From positions 983,153-1,047,152 of the forward strand of contig BDGG01000001.1 of assembly GCA_001949185.1 (NCBI GenBank): a DNA stretch of 64,000 bases, given 5' to 3'. Both the position numbers and the translations under genes were made by a program. How positions within the stretch are numbered: position 1 is the stretch's first letter; every line of letters begins with the position of its first letter. Below are positions 24,938 to 36,169 of this stretch, piece after piece. The DNA comes from Ramazzottius varieornatus (Eukaryota; Animalia; Tardigrada). The notes under the pieces were generated by a model. That model was not told the DNA's origin. It made no database searches and saw nothing but the letters and a program-made list of their open reading frames with translations.

Positions 24938-25935
24938 ATGGCCAAGGCGGCAATCATCGCTCTGCTCATCGGTTTCTGCGCCACATTGGGCTCCGCTGGA
25001 TTGATTGATCGAGGCCAGGATCTGGCGGATGTTGCGAAATATCCTCTGATAACCGGTAAGTCGTTGAATATTCTATCCGATAATTTTCCAGTGATCCGGA
25101 GTGTTCGCTAAGCCTAGCATGTCTTCATCGTAGGGTTCTTCCGCATTGAGATGAATGTCGTACGGTTGGACACCCAGGGGAAGTCGCATACAGGATTGCC
25201 TTGTGACATTTTCGACAAGTGTGACCCTAAGGTAGCCACATTTGTTACGTCGAAAGCCTGATTGTTCGATTTTCGAACAAGTCGAATTTCAACGTTGGTT
25301 TGAGTGCTTGATTGATTGTTGTTTCGTTGGCAGATCATCGCTTTCATCGACACGGAGAAGCCCAACAACGATTTTGGAGGCGACTCGGTGCCCTACTCTA
25401 ATTACATCACCCTGGTGGACGCCAACAACACTCCAGACGTCGTCGAGATCGACAAGACTATCTCTCGCGATGTCTGTGGAAAGGGCGTACGGAAGATCGC
25501 CATGCGAGTGCGCGCCATCGACAAGGATGGACTCAACGACGGTAAGTCAGAACTTCACATCCCTCTTCAGCATGCATAGACTCACTTTCGATCACAACAA
25601 AAATATGCGTGTCTTTTGGCCTTACAGACAAAATCGACAACTACAAGTGCCACATTACGGGAGAACGCAACCCACCGGCCGAGAACGAGAAGGTGGCCCA
25701 ATGGTCTCCCGAAATTGCCTGCGCCGGCGAGGATCGCGCCAGCTCAAAGTAAGCCATCTGTCAATCAATCGATCAATCTAAATAATCCCCCGAAACACTG
25801 TGACTTGGTCATTACTCAACCTGTTGCTTATCTTGTAGGGTTTACTTGCGGTATCGATGGTATAACATTCCTGAATCAACTTGCCGTCCTTCCAGCAACG
25901 GACAGGGACTCTTTAGCGGACTTTTCTCTAGATGA
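24938..25935 (+). CDS. AMNP-family-like secreted C2-domain protein, copy 2 (5 exons)
   Basis: MAKAAIIALLIGFCATLGSAG; KSHTGLPCDIFDKCDPK, DFGGDSVPY, RVRAIDKDGLNDDKIDNYKC, WSPEIACAGEDR, YRWYNIPESTC...GLFSGLFSR*; TATAAAA at ~24792. Confidence 0.87.
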
Positions 25936-26292
25936 ACAATTTGAATCTCTCTTCTCGTGATCACGTGCACCTTACTGTAAATTGTACTGCGTGTTGCAGT
26001 ATTTTAACGGCAACTGCTCATTGTTCAAGTGGTTTTTTCCCCACAAGTTAACAGTATTATCGATAGTCGATAATATTGACAGTTCTTCCATGTATGTCAC
26101 GAATATCTTCGTGTGACTACCGTACTGTATGTTAATTTTTTTGCTGTGATCTGATTTCCTTCCACTGCACTTGCAAATATGGATGAAAAGATGGTGGTTT
26201 TCAATAAAGGGTTTTTGACTGATATGTCTGTTCTAAACTTGAAGCCCATAGGGAGAAGCGACCATCGTTATACATGGCCCCATATTACATTA

Positions 26293-26460
26293 CAGTGTAC
26301 GACAAAGTAACCGTTAAAAATGGGCGTGACACTGCAGCTGGAGCTTATTTACAGCTCAGCCAATGAGAATTATATTTTGCTGCATGCGCAAATTTCATTG
26401 ACTTTATCCATCTGGCTCCATCCAACAGCCATTTTTAACGGTTTATTTTGTCGTAAAAAG
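26293..26460. mobile_element. Tc1/mariner-type MITE
   Basis: TA|CAGTGTACGACAAAGTAACCGTTAAAAATGG ... CCATTTTTAACGGTTTATTTTGTCGTA. Confidence 0.6.
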
Positions 26461-26499
26461 TAGTGTACAAGTCAAAAGAAGGACATACGGGCCAGCACA

Positions 26500-27243
26500 C
26501 AAGGGGATTATGCCTCTTCCGACCTCTAGATTGCTAGACCGTCCCGGTGAAACGATAGACGAGAGTCTCCTCTATCATCTGAGCAAGGTAGCTAAATCCT
26601 CCGACGATCCTGGAAGAAACTACAGGACTCGGAAAATACGTCAAAAACCTACACTGATGACGCAGCAGCGTAATCTTTTCTTCGATCTACATCAGATTCA
26701 ATGGTCCAACTATCAGCTAACAAATGGGTTCAGGCAGGTAAATCGCGCAGAAATGACTGCAGCATCATACAGTGTCTTTCTAATTTTTCCAGTGCTGTAT
26801 GCAGCTGTCAGAAGGAGCAAACATTGCCTTTGACCGTCTCCTTGAATTTCTTGTCAGCTTGCTTGGAAAATCGTCCATACGGTAATGCAGCCTATAACCC
26901 CATCCAAGGAGCTTGTCAACGTTCAGCGGGTAGACAGAATCCATTTCAAAGATGCACAGGAATCAGCGAGGAAACGGGAGAAGATCGGGAAAAAAAATCC
27001 AGAATAGTGGATGAGCAGGTAGGACAGGCTCAATCAAAACCGGAATCACCCATCGAACAATCAACTCGTGATAGTTCCGCCTATGCACCGCCCTAATTTT
27101 GACATCACTTCCGAGTCCTGTAGTTTCTTCCAGGATCGACGGGGGATTTAGCTACCTAGCTCAGATGATAGAAGAGACTGTCGTCTGTCGTTTCGCCGAG
27201 ACGGTTTAGCAATCTAGAGGTCGGGACAGGCATAATCCCCTTG
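26500..27243. mobile_element. Non-autonomous element with ~135-bp TIRs (AGGGGATTATGCC family)
   Basis: Arms ~26500-26634 and ~27109-27243 are reverse complements; same terminal motif as the element at 44484-44935. Confidence 0.8.
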
Positions 27244-27705
27244 ACAGTATAGAGTGTGTGGAGGTCGAAGTATGCTCTGCATCAGGTTTAGTCTCAAAAC
27301 AAGATAGGCATCTTGCGTCGGCGGTTTCTGCTGTGCGGCAAGACTGAATACTCTTAGGAGGTTTTCCGCGTATATTTTCGAAGAAAGGGCTGACTGGACG
27401 AAAGGGCGTCAAGTACGTCGTTCGCTCCACCGTGGAAGTATATTCCCAAAACTCTTCGGCGGACTTTGCCTGCCAGCCACCATACCTTCCTTCTTCGCGG
27501 TTTCGAGTGATTCACAGGAAGTTTACGACCACTGCGATATTGGTGCACGATTAGTCACATAAATAGAATCGATATCAAACTTTCAAGATCAAGAACGATC
27601 GAAAACTGTTTGCCATTTCTGTCAAATTTTGCTATTGTTATCCCGGAAGAACACCATTATTGTAGCCCTCTACTGACGGTACGCTGCATTTATCGCATCG
27701 CCAAG

Positions 27706-28894
27706 ATGAACTTTCTCTGCTGGTTAACGCTGTGTGCCTTTGTTGGAATATGTTGTGGGGGACTCATCGATAGAGGTCAAGATTTGGCCGACTCGGCGAG
27801 ATATCCTCTAGTTACGGGATATATTCGAATTGAGGTGAAGCCCTACGATATCTGTAGATTCCGTCACGGACGATGATCCTGTTCTAGATGAAAACGGGAC
27901 TTGACAAATACTTTCCACACTTTCAGCTTCACATCAGTCGGCTGGATACCCGAGGCAAGTCCCACACTGGACTATGGTGCGACATCACTGATAAGTAAGT
28001 GCGGCAAGCCTCTTCTTTCTGGTCTTGCGACCGATGAGAACGACATCCGGCAATTTAATTTTCGAATTGTGTGTCTTTCCAGATGCGACCCGCGCGTGAT
28101 TGCCTTCATCGACACGTACGTAAAGTGAACAGGCACCAGTTTGTTCGCGTGTGAAATTGCCAATCATTATTCATAACAGTCGGATTTTCCTCGTAGTGAT
28201 CGACCGAACCATGACTTTGGGGGAGATTCTGTGCCTTATGACAATTATGTGACTGTAAGCTCATCTTGAACCGATCTAAAGATACTTTTCATCACAGTAT
28301 TCGATTCCCATTATTGTATAGCTTTTCGATGGTGACAATGTGGACATGGTCGATATCCGCAAAACCATCTCGCGAGACATCTGTGGCAAGGGTGTCAGAG
28401 TAAGATAACCTATCTGTACTAATGACACCACCAAACTTTTCACAATCGTTTGCGGTTTTTGCAGAAAGTTGCATTACGTGTTCGAGCTATCGACAAGGAT
28501 ACCTTCAACGATGGTACGTAGGTTGAAACTGAAGTGGACTCTGAAGTGGTTTGTTGTCCCCATTTGACGAGTGCGTACTTCCTTGTAGACAAAATTGACA
28601 ACTACAAATGCTTCATCACGGGCGACCATACGCCAGCCGAGAGCGAACGGAGCGCTGACTGGTCGCCGGAAATCGCCTGCGCCGGTGAAGATCGCCCAAG
28701 CTCAAAGTACGCTATACAGCCATTCTTCTCGCTTTCCTGTATTGTCTTTGTGGGAAATGTCAGTTACATGACTGGTCTAAGCCTGGTTTCTTTCGCTTAG
28801 GGTCTACCTGAAATACCGTTGGTACTTCATCAACGAAAGTGAATGCCGACCGTCGTCCAATGGCCGGGGTCTCTTTTCGGGCATGTTCTCCTGA
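27706..28894 (+). CDS. AMNP-family-like secreted C2-domain protein, copy 3 (8 exons)
   Basis: MNFLCWLTLCAFVGICCGG; KSHTGLWCDITDK|CDPRVIAFIDT, DFGGDSVPY, RVRAIDKDTFND|DKIDNYKC, WSPEIACAGEDR, YRWY...C...GLFSGMFS*. Confidence 0.85.
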
Positions 28895-29533
28895 GAAAGT
28901 CGTAACCCTGTCCATTCAATAACAGTGGTTCTTCGAGCACTGCATTTCACCGACTTCCTCCCTCTTTGGCGAATCACATTTTTTTTACATGACATCTCTT
29001 CGCACATAGAATTCAGGCTACTTCGAAAATGTGGGCTGTCTGTGCTCGAAATGCTACCGCATCGGTCATGTTGCTGCATTTTCACGCAGACAAAAGCTGA
29101 CCGTATAAAATTGCATGTCGAATGGACGAAGTGACTTTGCGCTATCATGATGAAAATCAAGCTACAGTCAAGGAAAGTTTTCGGAAAAAGGGTGTCGGTC
29201 GACAAGGAAGGAAATGCATTATTTCGGCATGAACGAACCCTGTTTGGAGAAACGAATATTCCTTCGCGATTGTCCTCAAAAATAAATCGGCGCCGGCGCC
29301 GCCCTTTCTCTTATCAACTGGGATTTCCTCTGACGAAAAAATTACTCGCGGCCGATGGAAACCTTTAGACTTTCGACAAGACTGTGCGAAGAGATTGTGA
29401 TCGAGACTTTCTGCGGAAGTCTCTTGTAATGAACTCTAGTACTGTACAAGATCGAGAGGTTTCTCAAGCTGTAATCAGTCGGTTTCGATGGTGGAAGCTA
29501 TTTGCAAAGTGTAGTAGAACGATATCATCGAAA

Positions 29534-30597
29534 ATGATGCAGCTGACAATCTTCTGTTTTGCCGGCATACTTGCTTACGCTAACGCAGGGATCGGAGCCC
29601 GCGTCCAAGACCAGAAAGACTCGGACTTTCCACTGCTCTCTGGATACTTCCGCATTGAGGCCGCCATCCTCAAACTCGACAATCCCAATGCCATCTCCCA
29701 CACCAATCTGCCATGTGATATTACCGACAAATGTGACCCAACTGTGACTGCCATCATCGATACGTAAGAGTTCCCTACAAAGTTTGGTGTGGTACTTGGA
29801 CATGGCTGTGAAATCGTCATCCCTGTTCTTTTAGCGAGAAACCAAATCATGATTTTGGAGGAGACTCCGCACCGTACAGGAACTGGGAGGTTATCTACAA
29901 CGGCCAAGAAGTAAACTCGCCAGAAATAAATAAAGTTCTAACGCGGGACAACTGTGGCACAGGAATCCGAGTAAGTTAAGTAAAGACAACCCAAAGCTTT
30001 GCGATACGTTCAGCCAGAAAGTCCGACCTTTTCATGAGAGATGTTTTCACAGAAAGTCAACGTGCGAGTTCGAGCAATGGACAAAGGTACTGTATTCTGT
30101 CACACTTCCCGAACATAGGCTTTCAAGGGCTGCGTTTTGGAGATCGGCAAACAAACTGCACCAGATCATTTTCCTAAGTGGCGTACGCTTCCGGTATTTT
30201 CGCTGGATATGTGCGCCACTTAGGAAGTCGACTTGGCGAAGTTTATGATACATTGGTTTCTAGATACGGTGAACGACGATAAGATTGACAACTTCAGCTG
30301 CTTCATCACCGGCGCTGGACCGGTAGGAATGCCGGCTGCCAACAAGGACGAAGCTAAATGGTCGCCAGATTTCACTTGTGATGGCCAAGACCAGAAAACC
30401 ATCAAGTAAGATCTTCGCAGTGACCGTCGTTGTCGGCGTTAGACCTTCTTCCCCTACACTCATTAGGGGCTGAATATTAAAACAACATTTTTCTTCTCAG
30501 GGTTCACGTCCGATACCGATGGTACAAAATTCCTCAGGCTGAATGCAAACCCACCAAAACGAGTGGAATCCCTTTTATCGACGGCATGTTCTCATAA
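29534..30597 (+). CDS. AMNP-family-like secreted C2-domain protein, copy 4 (5 exons)
   Basis: MMQLTIFCFAGILAYANAG; SHTNLPCDITDKCDPTVTAIIDT, DFGGDSAPY, RVRAMDK|DTVNDDKIDNFSC, YRWYKIPQAEC...PFIDGMFS*. Confidence 0.85.
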
Positions 30598-30718
30598 GGT
30601 TCTGTTCGATAAATTATGTGGTACTCTTGAAACGTTCAACACAACCGAAAATGGCTATCTGTTAAAAAAACCAAGAGTTCGTCAACAGTAGGATTCGAGT
30701 AATCTAAAGGAAATACTA

Positions 30719-31966
30719 TTAGGAATATTCTTTTGGCGTTCGATATAAGACCATATTATTATCAGCAGCCACGGAGATCAATTTGTTTCCTTCAGGACTG
30801 AAAGCCACATCCCAGACTATTTTATCGTGAGCTTCGTTAAACACAGCTAACTTCTCCTTGTCCGTCTTCCATACTCGGACCGTAGCGTCGGTCGAGCAGG
30901 AAGCTACTCTGGCGCTGTCAGGTGAGAAGTCCAGCGATGTTATCCAGGAAGTGTGACCGGTTATCCGCGTAATGGGCAAACCTAGGCAGAGGAAACATCT
31001 TTTCAACATTATCCTCGCTACTTGCTGCTCTACTGTATACCTTCGGTGGGCTCGTAAAGTCGAATTGTGCCATCTTCCGACGCGGAAGCCAGCATGGCCG
31101 AGTTTGGACTGAAGAGAACCGCACGGATGGGTTTTCCGTGGGCTTCGATGGCATGCAGGAGGCGGTTGGCTTGCAGGTCGAAAATATACAGCGTGCCTTC
31201 AGTACTTCCAGCTGCCAGGAACTTCCCGTTGGCCGAGAAATGGACGGAAGTTATGAATTTCCCACGGGTATCGAAAGCTTCCACCTGAAAACAAACCAGA
31301 ACGTCGCACATCACATACAGTACCTGAATACATACACCAACTAAGCACTGCATCAAACGATGCCCCGTTCAACAAACGCACTTCAGCAGCGAGAGTAGAA
31401 TATGCCCGGGTTGTCTGAGCGTAAAACATCTCTCCGACTGAGTGATAAATTTACTGAGCGCGTCTACAGTGCGTCGACCTACTTCGTTTCTTGTGTTGAT
31501 ATCAAACAGCCGAATTTTGCCTTGCTGAGCCGAGGTGCCTATCAGGGTAGAGTGTGGACGGAACGCCAGTCCCCAACACTCGATCTTTCCCCCTTGGATA
31601 GCTTCTGTCCGGGGAGCGCCTGTCTGAAGGTCCCAAAAATGAATGGAGCCTTCCATGCCACTGCTGGCTATCATGTCGTGCTCAGCGCTGATGTCCAGTC
31701 GGAGGATGCCCATACGATGCCCAACCAGCGTCTTGGTCTCTACCGGCTGGCCGGTTTCCGGGTCGAGTCTCCATAGTTTGATTGCCGAGTCAAGAGAGCC
31801 TGTTATCAATACAGTGCCAGTGTGCAAGCGAGGGGATGAAAAGGCGAATGCTCACTGTACCTGTGACGATAACGTCGGAGCTGTTGGCACCGGTCGTGGC
31901 CCACTTACAAGCCCAGATTTCGTCTTCATGAGCGTTTTTCGTTGTCGAGATGACAGAGTGAGTCAT
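30719..31966 (-). CDS. WDR61: WD repeat protein 61 (Ski8/SKIC8)
   Basis: NAHEDEIWACKW, LITGSLD, GHRMGI, IASSGMEG, GKFITSVHFSANGKFLAAG, HGKPIRAV, GHTSWI, HDKIVWDVAFS. Confidence 0.88.
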
Positions 31967-32359
31967 TTTATACAAGTGGAAAATGCGGAGCCTTTCCGCC
32001 GGACTCCAGAAAGTGGAGATTCAGGAGAGGAAGACAGTACAATCGAAAAAAATCGACATTTGACAAGCACTCGAAAGACAATCAGAGTTGAAGACAAATC
32101 AAGCAGTTGATTGAATGCCCATACCAGCTCGATTGATTGGTTCACCAGTGCAACGAACGAGCAGCTGTTCGGACGCACTCTAGTCAGCAGAGTCTGTTGC
32201 TTTGATTGGCTTTGACTTTCCAGCGTCAGTTTCCAGTTTTCTTCCCTTTCTTTCGGATATCATTCATAATATTATCATTTGTTTCTTCTCGTCGCAGAGG
32301 TTCTAGGAGGAACAGATTCCGACAATGATTTTGAGCGCTTTGCGCAAAAAGGCCTCACT

Positions 32360-34622
32360 ATGAAGGTAAAAGTGCTCAGCCGGAATCCGGACCAGTATCT
32401 TCGGGAGACAAAACGCGACATTCCAAAGAGTAAGTCGTTTGCCTTGCAGGATACAGCTATTATATGCGTTGGGTATTGGTGTAAACTCTTGTGTCTTTCT
32501 AGTACCCAGAAATTACGATCCGGTTCAACATCCCTTCGAAGCAGCTCGAGAATACGTACGGGCGGTAAACACTGCCAAGCTTGATCGTCTCTTCGCTAAA
32601 CCCTTCATTGGATCACTGGACGGACATCGAGAAGGCGTCCAGACCCTCTTGTGTCATCCTCAAAGTCTTTCGACTCTGATAAGTGGATCTTACGACGGCG
32701 AGGTACGTTGAAATCGCTTCCTGCAGCGTCCAGCCCAAAATTGCACCTTTACCCAGCTTCTATTTTTGAGTTTCATTCTGACGATAAACGCATGGCTTTG
32801 CAGTACGATTGTACCAATTACGAAATAGTACAGGTCGAATAGAAATCACGGCTTTCGGTGGAATGCTTACTCGGATTGCTCATTTGTTTTCCAGATTCGT
32901 CTGTGGAGTCTCACCGAGCGAAAATGCCTCAAAGCTGTCCAAGCACATCGTGGAATGGTCAGAAGCCTATGTTTCAACGTCACCGGTTCTCACCTTTTTT
33001 CAGTGGGAGACGACCAGAATATCAACCAGTGGAATATAGACAACTTTGACGAACCTGTCAGCACGATCCCTTCCAAGGTGCCTACCCCAGACCTTTCTCA
33101 GTATTCTTTTACCCTTCTTTTGTGAAACGATGTCTTTGTGAAATTCAGTCCAGCCTTTTCGCCATCGACCATCACTACAATGAAGCCAAGTTCGCTACTG
33201 GAGGTGAAGCTGTGGAAATTTGGGACGAGGACCGTTCGCATCCTATCCGGTCCTTCTCGTGGGGAGCTGATTCTATCCAAGCACTCAAATTCAACCGAGT
33301 AGAGGTAGGTGTAACCTCGTGTAGCGTAACGTAGCGTACCTGGAATCGAATTTTTTGTTGTTTCAGACGAACATTTTAGCAAGTTGTGCCGCAGATCGCA
33401 GCATCGTCCTCCACGACATTCGTCAAGCTGAACCTCTTCGGAAGGTAATCACGCAGTGTTTTTTCTGCTGCATTTGCAATTGCCATTCTCTTTCTTGGAA
33501 TTGTGTTTTCGCGAATTTATTTGCCGTTTTGGTACGCTTTTGTTTATTGTTCGTTTCTTCGCAGGTCGTCTTGAAGATGAGGAGTAACGCTCTGTGTTGG
33601 AATCCCATGGAAGCTTTTCTCTTCACCGTAGCCAATGAAGACTACAACTGCTACTCTTTCGATATGAGAAAACTAGGGACGCCGGTGATGGTTTACATGG
33701 ACCATGTTTCAGCTGGTAAGAAAAAAACACGTCAGATGAACAGTTACAAATCTATTTTACAGTGGTTTTCTCTGTTTGAAAGTTTGCTGGATTCGAGTTT
33801 CATGTTGCTTCTTTTACTAGTGTTGGATTTGGATTACTCTCCGACCGGAAGGGAGTTTGTGACTGCCAGTTATGATAAAACTATCAGAATATTCCCGGCG
33901 GATAAAGGTCGGAGCCGGTAAGAGCATTCTTGTATGGTAGAGTGTAATTCAAAGGACGACATTATTGCTTCTCGCGTGTCATGTTTCATTGAAAGTCATT
34001 CCCAGTTGTGATTTATCGTTGCAGAGAAATTTACCATACCAAGCGTATGCAGCGCGTAACGACCGTAAAATACAGCCGAGACGATAAATATGTCGTGTCG
34101 GGATCAGATGAAATGAATATCCGGCTGTGGAAAGCTCATGCGTCGCAGAAACTCGGATATGTAAGTGTCAAATAGAAATCGCTGTTCTTTGCATTGGCTT
34201 CGTTTTCTATGCTTGTCGTCCTGCCTTCCATTTTCCAAGTTTTGCGGTTTCTTATTGTGAAATCGATGTCACATTCCTATTGCGAAACGTTATGAATGGT
34301 TAAGAGCTGTATCTGAAATTTGGATGAATTCTTTTGATGGTTTGGAATTTTATTGGCGATTTTTTCCCAGTTGGAACCTCGAGAAAGCGCCGCGTCACGG
34401 TATAACGAGAAGCTGAAAGATAAGTACGGCCATCATCCACAAGTCAAGCGTATTCTGCGTCATCGCCATCTTCCCAAGCATGTCTACAATGCAAAGAAGC
34501 AGAACGATGAGAGTCGATTCAGCCAGAAACGCAAGGAAGGCAATCGACGGGCCCACAGCAAACCCGGCGCGGTACCCTTCGTGCCAGAACGAAAGAAAGT
34601 CACGTTGCAAGAGCAGGAATGA
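32360..34622 (+). CDS. DCAF13: DDB1- and CUL4-associated factor 13 (WDSOF1/Sof1)
   Basis: MKVKVLSRNPDQY, RNYDPVQHPFEAAREYVRA, LFAKPF, WNPMEAF, YHTKRMQRV, Sof1 domain KRILRHRHLPK...RKEGNRRAHSKPG. Confidence 0.97.
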
Positions 34623-36169
34623 CGTGCTCAATTGTATCCTTTTGTCGCTTCTTTGCTAATCCAATGAAAGGCTAGGCCCAACCTTGCTCTTGGCACTGGA
34701 ATTAGCTGCAAAATTAGTAGACTAGACTGTTGGTGCACGTTAATCGGGCTTTAGGCCCCGGGCGTCTTCCTGAGCGAACGATGAGAAGGTCTCAAAGAAA
34801 ATCAAAGACTTAAATCACGTTTCACTCGATACATTTCCAGATCCGAAAACGTGTCAGTAGGATTCTCCGCGAGAAGTGTACGAGAATGGAAAAGAACTGA
34901 CGAGAAGAAAGTTTGAGTATTTTGAGGCTGTCTCAAGTTGAGTAAAGTTTATTCATCCGTAGCAACCCTCGAGCAAACGTCTTGAACTGTTTCGTATGGG
35001 GTGTTTTTTGAGTTGCTGAAATGCAACGACTTGTAATGTGACTGCGGTAAAAGCGATTTGTTTTGCAATGCAAAGTGGTTTGTCGACCCAATGCGGAACA
35101 CTCCATTGTCACTCTTGCCATGTCACGGTGAGCTTTACATTGTATTCTGAAGTACCGACTGCAGAACACTCTCGGCCCCACAAGTCACAAAACCAAACGT
35201 TTGAAAAAATTCCCATTCAGTACATATATCTTGTTTAAACAAAGACTGTCTGACGCGTGGGTCTTCCGACTAAACCCCATATAACAGTGCAGCAAATCTT
35301 GCTTTTTCGGGGAGGCTTCCCAAACCCTAACCACAGTCCACGGGAGGTTCTCGTGATAAGTCTCCGAGGGTTAATTGATTTCGGACGTCGATTACGGTGA
35401 CGTCACAGTGCCGTGGACGTATTGCCGCTGTTACCAGGATGTTGCTGTGACGTCACTGCGACCGGAAATGGTTTTGCCTTGATTGATTCCATCGGTTATC
35501 TTCGGTTTGGGGTTGCTGGAAATTCTCCACTTCCTGAACAAATCAACGATTGGCTCAATTCGACTACTTTGTTCAGCCTCTTTACCGGCTGAATGCACGC
35601 AGTGCAAATTTTCGTCAACCGAGCAGTCTTGTAGTTGTTCAGCGTTCGAGAGCATCTAATCAAGTTAAACGGTGACGGAACCGCTGGTTTCAGGTGCGTG
35701 TCGTCATGTTCTGATGCTCACTGCACACCTGCGCTCGACACCTGTTCCTTCATTCGCCAAGTTCGCCAAAAACTGAGAATCTCCAGCAAGTCTACTTCGG
35801 TTTGTCACGGTTTGATAGTCGACGTGCCTATTTGATAATCAGATCTTGATTAGATGTGGTTTTTGTCGCTCTCAATGATTAATACATGCTAATTGTTTCA
35901 CGGAAAGAGCTGCGACCCCTAGGGATGAGGTAATCTGAGAAGGGGGGAGACTCTTGCCACAGTATCGATCGATTGTGGTCTCCTGGAAAAAGAAGCGCTT
36001 TTTCCATCGACAAGCTAACCCATTTGCTTCAAGTGCGACGGTACAGTACGATCTTTGGTCTCGCTACTGCTTTGTGTGCTCACATGTGTGATAGACTTTC
36101 TTTACAGTCGGGAACTTGCCTTCGTCGTCTTGTCTGAGAAACAAGACGGAATAAATCACACTGCCCGTG

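Noticed and set aside
30087-30263. Hairpin element as an introner that created this intron
   Set aside because: The same intron position exists in paralog copy 1 (22665-22733) without the element, so it most likely inserted into a pre-existing intron.
35395-35460. Two inverted TGACGTCA (CRE-like) sites upstream of SLC4
   Set aside because: The same octamer recurs in transposon sequence in this window; function cannot be supported from sequence alone.
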